A stretch of DNA of 64,000 nt, from positions 79,691 to 143,690 of the forward strand of contig CAZWPT010000045.1 in assembly GCA_964635675.1 (NCBI GenBank), given 5' to 3'. Source of the DNA: an uncultured Nitrososphaerota archaeon (lineage in GTDB: Archaea; Thermoproteota; EX4484-205; JAAOZP01). The translations under genes and the position numbers were made by a program. The notes under the pieces are model-generated. The model searched no databases. It was not told the DNA's origin and saw only the letters and a program-made list of their open reading frames with translations. This document shows positions 27,824 to 37,646 of the stretch, one piece after another (the first letter of the stretch is position 1; every line of letters begins with the position of its first letter).

Positions 27824-30317
27824 GCTCCTGCAAATATTCTTTTTCAAGCTTCTCCAGTATTACGGGCCGTTGAGGAGAAGCCTTTCAGTAAAGTTTTCCA
27901 CAATCATGTTTTACTTCATCATAGTTTTCTCATCACTTTTCAGCGGGTTTTTCATAAGAGTGTTCTACGGTTTCTCCGGGATGAGTGAGAAGGAGCTTGT
28001 TAACATAGTTTCAATAACTTTTTCAAGCGTGATAGCCATGGGTGTTTTCCTAGGCCTCAAAGGCGGGATAACGGCGCTTGAACCGGAAATAGATTTCGTC
28101 TTAACATCCCCCATTAAGCCGTCGACGTACCTTGTGGCAGACCTGCTTTTCCAATTCTTCTTCCTAAACTTCGCAGTCACACCGCCGCTGGTTTCCTTCA
28201 TGGCTGTAATGCTCCATCCTCGCTTAAACATTCTGCCGGCTGTCTTCCTATCCTATGAAACCATGCTTTTCGCCTCTTCCATAATAGCCCAGACGCTGGG
28301 GATTCTGAAGAGCATTATGAAGGATGTTGAAGTGGAGGCTGTGGGATGGACTATCCTCATGATACTCTTCACGCCCCTGATAAGCATGGTCATGGGGCTC
28401 GGGCTGAACTACTCTGACCTGCCTTATCCTTCAACACTGCTGGCTAAATGCTCCCTCGGCTCTATAGGAAGCTTGGAAAGCATCATAGGGTTGGCCTACA
28501 TGGTTTTGATTGCCGGCGGCTATTTTTCTGTGATGAGGATTAATTTCCTTCCGAACGTTACCCCCCTGCTAACCACGGCATTAATGGAGATGCCTTCAAG
28601 CAGCCGGAGAATACTCAGATGGGTGCCGAGACTATTTACACAGATACTTTCGCCTAAAATGAGTGAGAAACCAATGGCTCTAGTCGTTAAGCTGAATCTC
28701 CTGAGAATACTGAGGGACGGCAGTCTTTTCACAGCCATCATGCTTTTCGCAATCGCCACAGTATCCAATTTAAGCTTCCCGATTCTAGTCAGGCAGTTTA
28801 GATTCTTCGCTCTGGCAGCCTTAACCTTCAGCATACTCTACACGCCTCTAATCCCAGCGATCTTCTCGATAAACTGGGGTATAATAGAGCGTGAAACCCT
28901 TTGGACGGTGGCGGTCTCGGAAAAAGGGTTCCGGAGATACGTGAAGGGCATGCTTACGGCATACTTTATAGCAACCTTTAGCTTCGCCCTTGTTTTCTAC
29001 AGTATTTTCAGCATTCTTTTGGCTGGAACACCTTTCCTAGTGCTGGATTTCCTGCTCCTGTTGTCTGTGACGCTCTTCTCATCCATACTTTCAGTAGCTA
29101 CAGCACTAGTTTTAAGCAAGCCTTCCAACGCGCTTTCCCTCAGCGCACTACTATACGTTTTCATACCGTTGTTCGGAGCAGTATTCCTCTCAATGCCCGC
29201 AATAATTGCGAGAACCACGATCAGCATTGCAGACACGCCCCCGCCCACGATAATCCTCATACTGGTCTCCTACACGATCCTAATCGCCTTCCTGCTGGCT
29301 AAGTACACGCTCGCAAAGTCAGGAACGTTCTTCAGCCAGGCTCCTGTTGAGAAAGCTTCTCCGCCACCACCTCCGGAACTCCGAGCACAATACCGCGTAG
29401 ATTACAGGAATTACTTGTTGAACTTTTCGACACTGGCTTCGTCAATACTTCTTGTTGTAAGCCTGATCGGGCTATTTCTCGGAAAACCTGAAGCGGTTTC
29501 ACCCGGCAAGTCCGACTTGGAAAGATTGGTGTACGGCCCAGCCTTAGCGGGGTTAACAAGCCTAGTGCTTGCGACATCAATCCTTCTCCAGATGAAGACA
29601 GCAAACCAGGCTGGTGAGAAAGCCTTGTACGAGGCTCCTCGCAACGTGCCCTGGAGAGCGTCACAGTCCTTCCTCATGCTGGTTCTAGCAATGTTTCTCC
29701 CGGCTGTCTTAGAACTACCCTTTCTAGCATTCTCTCTTTCAAAAGGCTTGAGCATTGATGATTTATCACTGCTCGTAATAGGAGAGGCTGCGATGATAAT
29801 TCCCGTGCTGCTCTACATGGTTAGCAAGAAGATAAGTTTAGCATTCCTCGGATTAGACTCGCAGAGCGCCCTGCAGGAGTATAAAGTAGCGCTGCTGATC
29901 CTGCCTTTAACCGTGTTAACAGGTATTTCAGCCGGAGTGATCGTTGAGACTCTAATACCGGTTCCACCATGGTTTGAAGAGTTTTTTCAAATACTCTCGC
30001 CCTCCTCGTTCACAGAACTAGTTACGCTCTCTATAATCACGATTCTCGTCGTCGCTCCTTGCGAGGAAGTCTTGTTCAGAGGATTTATACAGCGGGGCTT
30101 GGAGTCGAGCCTTGGAAGCAGGGGAGGAATACTGTTGTCGTCACTCCTTTTCGGGGTTTTCCATCTGAACCCCTGGCAATTTCTTCCTGCTTTCCTACTT
30201 GGAGCTATACTCGGATACGTTTCCAAGAAAAGAGGCTACAGGCTATGGTGCCCAATAGCGCTGCACGCCTCCTACAACGTTGCACTATTCGTCTTAAACT
30301 ATGTTTTAAGCGTCTAG
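27795..30317 (+). CDS. Fusion: ABC exporter-type polytopic permease + Pro-rich linker + C-terminal CPBP intramembrane metalloprotease
   Basis: EIDFVLTSPI permease motif; SPPPPPE linker; CPBP motifs APCEEVLFRG, FGVFHL and IALHASYN. Confidence 0.82.
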   Translation: MGGRGVEGSRLLQIFFFKLLQYYGPLRRSLSVKFSTIMFYFIIVFSSLFSGFFIRVFYGFSGMSEKELVNIVSITFSSVIAMGVFLGLKGGITALEPEIDFVLTSPIKPSTYLVADLLFQFFFLNFAVTPPLVSFMAVMLHPRLNILPAVFLSYETMLFASSIIAQTLGILKSIMKDVEVEAVGWTILMILFTPLISMVMGLGLNYSDLPYPSTLLAKCSLGSIGSLESIIGLAYMVLIAGGYFSVMRINFLPNVTPLLTTALMEMPSSSRRILRWVPRLFTQILSPKMSEKPMALVVKLNLLRILRDGSLFTAIMLFAIATVSNLSFPILVRQFRFFALAALTFSILYTPLIPAIFSINWGIIERETLWTVAVSEKGFRRYVKGMLTAYFIATFSFALVFYSIFSILLAGTPFLVLDFLLLLSVTLFSSILSVATALVLSKPSNALSLSALLYVFIPLFGAVFLSMPAIIARTTISIADTPPPTIILILVSYTILIAFLLAKYTLAKSGTFFSQAPVEKASPPPPPELRAQYRVDYRNYLLNFSTLASSILLVVSLIGLFLGKPEAVSPGKSDLERLVYGPALAGLTSLVLATSILLQMKTANQAGEKALYEAPRNVPWRASQSFLMLVLAMFLPAVLELPFLAFSLSKGLSIDDLSLLVIGEAAMIIPVLLYMVSKKISLAFLGLDSQSALQEYKVALLILPLTVLTGISAGVIVETLIPVPPWFEEFFQILSPSSFTELVTLSIITILVVAPCEEVLFRGFIQRGLESSLGSRGGILLSSLLFGVFHLNPWQFLPAFLLGAILGYVSKKRGYRLWCPIALHASYNVALFVLNYVLSV

Positions 30318-30392
30318 CCTAAGCTTCAAACCGGATGGTCTTCAACGCCCGATTAGTTTAAAAAGAACTGGAAGCGCTTGCCCGGCGGGAAA

Positions 30393-30572
30393 TCATCCTG
30401 CTACTGGTTCAAAAAGATCCTTGCCTGCTCCGCAAACCGGGCAAACCCATTCCTCAGGAAGCTTTTCGAAAGGTGTTCCCGGTGGGACCCCGGAGTCAGG
30501 ATCCCCTTCAGAAGGATCGTAAACATATCCGCATACAGTGCACCTGTATTTTTGCGAAGCACCTGTCGCCAT
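30393..30572 (-). CDS. Rubredoxin (59 aa, absent from ORF track)
   Basis: Translated by hand: [59 protein letters not shown]. Minus-strand TTTAAATA lies about 29 nt upstream. Confidence 0.96.
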   Translation of the reverse strand: MATGASQKYRCTVCGYVYDPSEGDPDSGVPPGTPFEKLPEEWVCPVCGAGKDLFEPVAG

Positions 30573-30715
30573 TGCAGGCTTCTAATTCACCCGGATTTCT
30601 TATTTAAACCTTGCGAGGTGATATTCAAAATGTTTCACGATATTGAGATGTGTCGAGAGGGTTGAGGCTGGTTTCGCGAGATATGTTTTTATACAGCTCT
30701 CCTGAAGCTGGAGAC

Positions 30716-31954
30716 ATGGTTCAACTAGCCTTAAAGGGAGGTAGACCAGTCAGGGATAAGCCATTTCCGAAATGGCCCGTCTTCGATGAAAGGGAGCTTG
30801 AGGCTTTGAAAAAAGTTTTGGAAAGCGGCGTGTGGGGCATAGGTGGACAATACGTTAAGCAGCTCGAGGAGAAATTCGCAGCATACCAGCATGCGAAGTA
30901 CGGGGTTGCTGTTACCAGTGGCACAACCGCTCTCGAAATATCTCTCAGGGCATGTGGAGTAGGCTGCGGGAGCGAGGTTATAACAACCCCCTACACTTTC
31001 ATGGCTACTGCAACAGCAATCCTTTACGTTAACGCCATACCGGTCTTCGTCGACATTGAGCCGGATACTTTCAACATTGACCCGCGGAGAATAGAGGAGG
31101 CTGTAACTGAAAAAACAAAGGCAATCCTTCCCGTCCACATAGGAGGCAGGCCGGCTAACATGGATGAGATCATGAGGATAGCGGAGAAGCATGATCTGCG
31201 TGTTGTTGAAGACGCGTGTCAAGCCTGGGGCGCAGAGTGGAGGGGAAGGAGAACAGGGAGCTTCGGCGACTTCGGATGCTTCAGCTTCCAGTCGAGCAAG
31301 AACATTACCAGCGGGGAAGGAGGAATCACGGTAACAAGTGACCAAGAGCTATACGTCAAGGCTTGGAGCCTGCATAACTGCGGCCGCCTCCCTCAGGGAG
31401 CATGGTATGAGCATTATCTTCCCGGTGTCAACTATCGCATGACTGAGTTTCAGGCTGCACTACTGCTCGTTCAACTCGAGAGGCTTGACGAGCATACGAG
31501 GAGACGAATGGATAACGCGAGCTATCTCAATAGCAAGCTCTCTAAAATAGATGGTTTAAAGCCTCTTAAGAATGATGAGAGGATCACCAGGCATGCTTGG
31601 CACCTCTACATATTCAGGTATGACCCGGAGGCCTTCGGAGGAGTATCCAAGGCTGGTTTCGCCGAGGCGATGAAGGCTGAGGGAATACCTGTAAGCGTAG
31701 GGTATTCTAAGCCGCTTTACAGGGAGCCGTACCTCGAATATTTCCAAAAGTGCCCACTGTCCTGCGCATACTACGGTGATTCAATGGATTACTCTAAGCT
31801 AAGTCTGCCTGTGGCGGAGAAGGCTTGTTACGAGGAGGGCTTATGGCTACCGCAGAACGTGCTGCTCGGCTCCAAGGAGGATATGGATGACATTATAGCA
31901 GCGTTTGAGAAGGTTAGAGAGAACGCAGACGAGTTGGGCTCGACATCTAAGTAG
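30716..31954 (+). CDS. DegT/DnrJ/EryC1/StrS PLP-dependent (amino)sugar aminotransferase
   Basis: SGTTAL, TFMAT, AILPVH, EDACQA, FSFQSSKNITSGEGG and NYRM. Start at ATG 30716 after TTTTATA. Confidence 0.92.
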   Translation: MVQLALKGGRPVRDKPFPKWPVFDERELEALKKVLESGVWGIGGQYVKQLEEKFAAYQHAKYGVAVTSGTTALEISLRACGVGCGSEVITTPYTFMATATAILYVNAIPVFVDIEPDTFNIDPRRIEEAVTEKTKAILPVHIGGRPANMDEIMRIAEKHDLRVVEDACQAWGAEWRGRRTGSFGDFGCFSFQSSKNITSGEGGITVTSDQELYVKAWSLHNCGRLPQGAWYEHYLPGVNYRMTEFQAALLLVQLERLDEHTRRRMDNASYLNSKLSKIDGLKPLKNDERITRHAWHLYIFRYDPEAFGGVSKAGFAEAMKAEGIPVSVGYSKPLYREPYLEYFQKCPLSCAYYGDSMDYSKLSLPVAEKACYEEGLWLPQNVLLGSKEDMDDIIAAFEKVRENADELGSTSK

Positions 31955-32162
31955 CAGGTTACTGCCGCAGCTTTTTTCCAAAGCGTTCGTAAGAATGGGA
32001 AGAACCGGATTATAGTTGGAAACCAAGTGGTTGACAGCATTAAACGGTGGTTACAGTTAATCGCAATCATTTATCCGCTGCAAAACAATCTGAAGCACGC
32101 TATTTAATGGGATGAAAAACGTGAAAGTTAATATATACCTTGAAACGCTTTCTTAGACAGCA

Positions 32163-32549
32163 ATGAGTGGAAAAGGAATTCCCCAGTCGAAACTGATAGG
32201 TATGCAGGTTTATGATCCTGATTGTCTCTTCATCGGAACGGTGAAGGAAATAGGCATAGTCCCGGGCGAAGGAACCATAACACTTTATATTTCTACGAAA
32301 GCCGGGAGCACGATTGAGGTAGAATGGGGCGATGTGAAGACAGTTGGAGACATTATTCTGCTTTCTAAAAAGGTCGAGATACCTCAGCCGACTGTAGCTG
32401 CTGCCCCAGCGGCACAACCGGCTCCAGCCGCTGCGGCTCCTACGGCAGGTCAACCGCCGGCACCACTATGCCCAAAGTGTGGAAAGCCCGGGACATGGAT
32501 ACCGCAGTACAAGAGGTACTACTGTTACAACTGTAAACAATACATCTGA
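32163..32549 (+). CDS. PRC-barrel domain protein with Pro/Ala linker and C-terminal zinc ribbon
   Basis: SKLIGMQVYD...IGTVKEI...VGDIILL (PRC barrel); CPKCG...YYCYNC. Confidence 0.85.
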   Translation: MSGKGIPQSKLIGMQVYDPDCLFIGTVKEIGIVPGEGTITLYISTKAGSTIEVEWGDVKTVGDIILLSKKVEIPQPTVAAAPAAQPAPAAAAPTAGQPPAPLCPKCGKPGTWIPQYKRYYCYNCKQYI

Positions 32550-32622
32550 GCAAACACCTCTGGCTTTTTTTAATTCATTGGGAAGCCTAGTTGACATGCT
32601 ATCTAGGCTGTGACAGTGTAAA

Positions 32623-33933
32623 CTACTTAATCATGAACGATTCCACTACTTGCTTCAACACCCTGTAGCAGAATACTAGATTCTCTATGGAGATCCTTTC
32701 ATTATCCCCGTGCACCATTCTAGACCAATCATAATAGTTCCCCTCAACCATTAAAGGCTGAAAGCCGTATGCAGGTATGCCCATTTTCCTGAAGTATCGT
32801 GAATCAGTCCCACCTGTCATCGTAGTCGGTTCAAGCCTAGCGCCGGGAACCAGTTTTAAGAGAGAACTCTCAATAGCCCTGTATAAGGGAGTGTCAACCG
32901 GGGAGACAGTGGGCTCCGACTCCTGTATGAACTCCAACTCGTATTCGAGGCCCTGGAACAAATCCCTAATCATCCTTTTCACACGCTCCGTAGAGTAGCC
33001 CGGGGGGACTCTGCAGTCGACTGTTAGCGTACACTCGTATGGAACAACGTTCTCCTTAACGCCTCCCTGTATCACTGTAGGCGTCATCGTAACCCGAAGC
33101 ATTGATTTCGCAGACTCCCCCAATCCCTTATCGGTTTCAGCCAACCCATCTAGGAGAATATCAATATTGTTAATGCTGACCTCTTCATCAGCTAGCCCCA
33201 TCATTTTCAACAGGGATTCAACATGCCTCCAAGAAGGCTCAACCCTCTCGCTGGCCCCCTTGAATTCTGAAACCCTGTTAAGCAGGGGGCGCATCCTATC
33301 TATAGCGTTCACCCCTAGCCCGGGTACTGAGCCATGGGCGGGAGAACCCTTTGTGTGAACACGGTACCAAAAGACCCCTCTTTCAGCAGTCTGGATGTCG
33401 AACAGCCATCCCTTCTTGGTGAGTATCCCCTCTCCCCCGCCCTCGTTGATGACGTAGTCAGCAATAATTTTTTCCCTAGATTTTTCAAGCATTGTTTTTA
33501 TTCCGGAACCCCCCTTTTCCTCGTCAGCGGTTGCTGCAAGAACGAGGTCGCCCTTCAACTCTCTGTCCGCCATCTCGCTGAAAACCACTGTTTCTACTGC
33601 AACCATGCTCTTCATGTCTAACGCCCCCCTCCCCCAGACATACCCGCCTTTAACGGCGCCGGAGAAAGGAGAAACCTTCCACCTAGAAGGGTCGGCTGGA
33701 ACAACGTCGGTATGTGAAAGCAGCAGTAGCGAAGGCCCTTCGCCGGAGCCCTTTATCCGGGAGATCAAGTTTCCCCTTCCTTTCTCGTAATCTATGATTT
33801 CTGACTTAATCCCTCTCTCCCAGAGCCAGTCTTTAAGTAGGCCTGCGGCATTGCTCTCGTTGCCAGGAGGATTACTCGTGTCAGCCTGTATCAGATTTGA
33901 AAGCAACTTAACAAGCTCGTCTATCATGCTCAT
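32623..33933 (-). CDS. M20/M25/M40 family metallopeptidase/deacylase
   Basis: SHTDVVP, GRGALDMK, ADEEKG, NEGG, GGTDSR and HGDNER. Confidence 0.92.
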   Translation of the reverse strand: MSMIDELVKLLSNLIQADTSNPPGNESNAAGLLKDWLWERGIKSEIIDYEKGRGNLISRIKGSGEGPSLLLLSHTDVVPADPSRWKVSPFSGAVKGGYVWGRGALDMKSMVAVETVVFSEMADRELKGDLVLAATADEEKGGSGIKTMLEKSREKIIADYVINEGGGEGILTKKGWLFDIQTAERGVFWYRVHTKGSPAHGSVPGLGVNAIDRMRPLLNRVSEFKGASERVEPSWRHVESLLKMMGLADEEVSINNIDILLDGLAETDKGLGESAKSMLRVTMTPTVIQGGVKENVVPYECTLTVDCRVPPGYSTERVKRMIRDLFQGLEYELEFIQESEPTVSPVDTPLYRAIESSLLKLVPGARLEPTTMTGGTDSRYFRKMGIPAYGFQPLMVEGNYYDWSRMVHGDNERISIENLVFCYRVLKQVVESFMIK

Positions 33934-34040
33934 GCCTATGACGGCTAAAAACAGATGGATAAAGTTTTCCTCACGAAGCGGGGCATCGGCTAGATTAAAG
34001 CATTAATAATCTTAATCAAGCCTCGTGCTCTCGCAGCCGG

Positions 34041-34946
34041 TTAAAACTTAACACCGGTTTTGGCTGATGTTTTGACGATTAGCCAGCACCCAGCCAAAGT
34101 TAAGATTGAGAAGAAGATTTTATGGGGCGGCATCTCCTCTTGGAATACGGCGACCGAAAGTATGCCGGTGAATACTGGTAGAAGGATCTGAAGGTTTACA
34201 GGCAGGGATGCGCCGAGCCTCTGGATAGCGTAGTAATTTAGGAAGTTGGCGAAACCTATTGCAAGGATGCCTGAGGCGATTAACAGTAGGTTTACTGTCA
34301 ATCCTGCGTTGAAGACCTCATACATCCCCCCGGTCAACATGGATAGAGGCAGATACATGATTCCGGAGAAAAGGAAGATGTTGACTGTTGCTGAAAGCGG
34401 GTCCGAATTTCTGAGGACAATCTTAACGGAAACCGTGTAAACAGCCCAAAGGATCGAGGCCAACAACAGGAAAACAACACCGGCTAAAAATGATTCCTTG
34501 TAGTAGAAGAGACTAGACCCCGTGACGACAACCCCTGAAACCCCTAGGAAAGACATTAACGTTCCAGCTATGAAGCCCCTGCTCGAAATCGCAACTCTCT
34601 CCTCCGGAAACAGGAAGAAGGACATGATGTCGACGAAGATTATACTGAGCCTCGTTATCAATGCGCCTATTGTTGGCGTTGTAAAAACTAACCCATAGAC
34701 CATGAAAATCTGGAACATGAAAACGGTGGTAACAGGCATTGAAAGCTTCTTCAGATTTTTAAAGGATTTTAAATAGTTATCCTTGTTTAAAAACAGTGAT
34801 AGAAACAGCAATACTACGGCGGCTGAAACATACCTGAACAGGTTTTGCGTATAGTTGTCGAAGAATAGGCTAAGATAGGTTACAAATATGTTTCCTAAAG
34901 CCCAGAGGAGAATCGCGAAGAGCTCCGCGAACACAGCTGTTTTCAT
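34041..34946 (-). CDS. DMT/EamA family transporter
   Basis: Ten TM segments in two EamA-like repeats. Confidence 0.85.
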   Translation of the reverse strand: MKTAVFAELFAILLWALGNIFVTYLSLFFDNYTQNLFRYVSAAVVLLFLSLFLNKDNYLKSFKNLKKLSMPVTTVFMFQIFMVYGLVFTTPTIGALITRLSIIFVDIMSFFLFPEERVAISSRGFIAGTLMSFLGVSGVVVTGSSLFYYKESFLAGVVFLLLASILWAVYTVSVKIVLRNSDPLSATVNIFLFSGIMYLPLSMLTGGMYEVFNAGLTVNLLLIASGILAIGFANFLNYYAIQRLGASLPVNLQILLPVFTGILSVAVFQEEMPPHKIFFSILTLAGCWLIVKTSAKTGVKF

Positions 34947-35013
34947 ACGGCTACGCAGACCGTTAACGCCTAATTTAACGTTTATGCGTACGGCCGAACG
35001 GATCCTCTTAATG

Positions 35014-35979
35014 CTATTTGATTAAAGCATTAACTATTTTAAGCCACACTTCAGCCGTATTATTGGGATTATACCCTCCGCCGCCCAGTATGATTAGGGG
35101 ACGCATGCCGGATTTGCTTGACAACTCCTTAAGGAATGAAACCATTTGAAGATGAGCAGAGGCACTCAGCTTCAGGTGCGTGATCGGGTCGCCGGCTATG
35201 CTGTCAGCACCAGCTTGGAAAATCGTCAGCTCGAAGGATTTTTGAGATACGAACTGCTTCGCCTTCTCCATTTTTTCCTCGAAATCTCTATCGGTCGCCC
35301 ATGGTTTTAAGGGTATATTTAGCTTCGTCCCAATTGCTTCCCCTCCTCCCGTCTCGCCTTCAAAACCGGTTCCGGGATAAAGATACCTGCCACTTTCATG
35401 GAAGTCAACTATATACAGGTCTGGATCATAATAATAATCGTACATCACTCCGTCGCCGTGGTGAGCATCCAAGTCTACGTAAAGTATTTTCCTCAAGCCG
35501 TATTCTCTCCTAGCCTTCTCGATCAAAACGCCAACATCGTTGAAAACACAGAACCCGGCCGCCTTGCCGCGCCTCGCGTGGTGTAGTCCCCCCATCGGAT
35601 TCATAGAGTATAAAGCGTCTCGCCTCATGACTGCTTCAAGCGCTTCAAGCGTAGAGCCGACTACAAGCGACGCCGCTTCGAAAACACCTGGGAAAGCAGG
35701 AGTATCCCCGTGGTCGAGAAGACCTTTGCCCTCTTCAGACATTTCCTCCACGAACTCTATGTACTTCCTGTCATGGTAGAGAGCTATCTCCTCCATCGTG
35801 GCCCTCCTAGGCTTAATCAGAAGGATCCGGGAGTCTGAAAGCAGCCCGGATGATTCTAGGGAGGTGAAGAAGGATTTAAGCCTGGCTGAATTCATCACGT
35901 GGCTTGGGCCGAAATCATAGGATAACAGTTCCTCCCCATAAACCAAGCCTAGGATCCTTTGCGGTCTGCCTAATGCCAT
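35014..35979 (-). CDS. acuC: Histone deacetylase family / acetoin utilization protein AcuC
   Basis: GGLHHA, GFCVFND, DLDAHHGDG, YPGTG, GADS and GGGGY. Confidence 0.9.
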   Translation of the reverse strand: MALGRPQRILGLVYGEELLSYDFGPSHVMNSARLKSFFTSLESSGLLSDSRILLIKPRRATMEEIALYHDRKYIEFVEEMSEEGKGLLDHGDTPAFPGVFEAASLVVGSTLEALEAVMRRDALYSMNPMGGLHHARRGKAAGFCVFNDVGVLIEKARREYGLRKILYVDLDAHHGDGVMYDYYYDPDLYIVDFHESGRYLYPGTGFEGETGGGEAIGTKLNIPLKPWATDRDFEEKMEKAKQFVSQKSFELTIFQAGADSIAGDPITHLKLSASAHLQMVSFLKELSSKSGMRPLIILGGGGYNPNNTAEVWLKIVNALIK

Positions 35980-36025
35980 GAGTTTACCGCTAATCCTTAG
36001 AATATTAATTTTTAGGCTTCTCGGG

Positions 36026-37549
36026 CTATCTTCCTTTCCAGAGCCCGGATGGCGCGATGTTCACGGAAATCGTTTTTATAACGGTCAACTCGTCTATACT
36101 GTATCCAAGCCCCTCTCTCCCCATTCCTGAGTCTTTAACCCCGCCGAAAGGAAAGTTCCCAACCCCGTGTGCAGGAGCATCGTTCACACTCACCGTGCCG
36201 ACTTGAAGAGTCTTAGCAACCCTCCACATGCTGTACAGGGAGCTCGTGAAAACCGCGGAGTCTAAACCCAGGTTGGACTTGTTCGCAATCTCTACGGCTT
36301 CACGCTCGCCACTGACCCTTATCACAGGCAAGACTGGGCCGAATGTCTCCTCCCAAGCGATCCTTGCTTCAAGCGGAACATGGTCTAGAAGCGTTGGCTC
36401 ATATATCAAACCGTGGTTTCTGCCTCCGACAAGTAAAACAGCATTCTTGCTCACAGCATCCTCAACGAGGCTGGCAACATTGTTCAAAGCCCTTTCATTT
36501 ATCAAAGGCCCTACCTGAACACCCTCCTCCCAAGGATAGCCGAACCTGATGCTTCTGAACCTCTCCTCAAGCTTCCCAACAAGCTCGTCTGCGACCTCCT
36601 CAACGACTAAAGCCCGGCTTATGGCGTCACATCGCTGGCCAGAGTTCTTCACAACCCCCAGTGTAATCTTCTCCGCAGCCAGCTCCAGGTCAGCATCCTT
36701 AAGCACTATCGCGGCGGCTTTTCCCCCGAGCTCTAAATGCAGTTTTTTCAAGCCTGCTTTAGCAGGGATCTTTGAACCAACCTCCGTGCTTCCTGTGAAG
36801 CTTACAGCTCTCACCCTCCGGTCCGAGACGAAAACGTCTCCAACCTCGCCTCCAGGCCCGGTTACAACGTTTAAAACACCGTCTGGAAGCCCAGCGGCCT
36901 GCAGAACCCTGGCTAGGAGGAGCCCAGTCACTGGGGTATCGCTAGCAGGCTTATGAACAACGCAGTTTCCAGAGGCGAGTGCAGGCGCAATCTTCGCAAC
37001 AGGGGAGAAAAGAGGGTAGTTGAAAGGCGTGATGGCGGCAACTATCCCAACCGGTTCCCTTAAAACTATTGCAAACTTGTTTTTAGTATCGTTAACCCAG
37101 TCTCCCGGAATGTATTCGCCATAGATCTTTCTAGCCTCCTCCAGCGTGAGCCTCATCCTCTCCATTGCGGCGTTAACCTCCGCCCTCGCGTACGCCAAGG
37201 GTTTGCCAGCCTCGGACACTAGGATGCTAACCAAATAATCCTCGTACTTCGCTAGTAGTCTTGAAGCTGCCTCCAGTATCTCTATCCTGTCTATTGCTGC
37301 AAGATTTCTTATTCTACTTCTCGATGAATCGGCTTCAGAAATGGCTTCCAGGGCCTCGTCCTTGCTTCCCAGCGGCGCCTCCGCTAAAACCCTTCTTGTT
37401 GACGGTGATTTAACACTGAAGTATCTCCCGTTTCTAGGCTTAACCCATTTCCCCCCTATGAAAAGCCTGAACCTCTTCAACCCGTCTTCCTCGTCGTAAA
37501 TATCTCTGAACTCGTCAGGCGGGATTATTTCGTCAAACATTCGAGTCAC
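36026..37549 (-). CDS. gapN: Non-phosphorylating glyceraldehyde-3-phosphate dehydrogenase (ALDH family)
   Basis: GEYIPGDW...REPVGIVAAITPFNYPLF, FTGS, ELGGK, SGQRCDA and EETFGP, typical of crenarchaeal GAPN. Confidence 0.85.
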   Translation of the reverse strand: MTRMFDEIIPPDEFRDIYDEEDGLKRFRLFIGGKWVKPRNGRYFSVKSPSTRRVLAEAPLGSKDEALEAISEADSSRSRIRNLAAIDRIEILEAASRLLAKYEDYLVSILVSEAGKPLAYARAEVNAAMERMRLTLEEARKIYGEYIPGDWVNDTKNKFAIVLREPVGIVAAITPFNYPLFSPVAKIAPALASGNCVVHKPASDTPVTGLLLARVLQAAGLPDGVLNVVTGPGGEVGDVFVSDRRVRAVSFTGSTEVGSKIPAKAGLKKLHLELGGKAAAIVLKDADLELAAEKITLGVVKNSGQRCDAISRALVVEEVADELVGKLEERFRSIRFGYPWEEGVQVGPLINERALNNVASLVEDAVSKNAVLLVGGRNHGLIYEPTLLDHVPLEARIAWEETFGPVLPVIRVSGEREAVEIANKSNLGLDSAVFTSSLYSMWRVAKTLQVGTVSVNDAPAHGVGNFPFGGVKDSGMGREGLGYSIDELTVIKTISVNIAPSGLWKGR

Positions 37550-37646
37550 GAGACGTAAGCACTATAACAGGTTTATAAGGTTTCCCCGACATTTTCGCAG
37601 AATAGAGCGAAAAAGATATCTATAGGAGGAGCCTAACAAAACAGGG

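Noticed and set aside
30378..30665. 95-aa plus-strand ORF
   Set aside because: Antisense shadow of the rubredoxin gene at 30393-30572.
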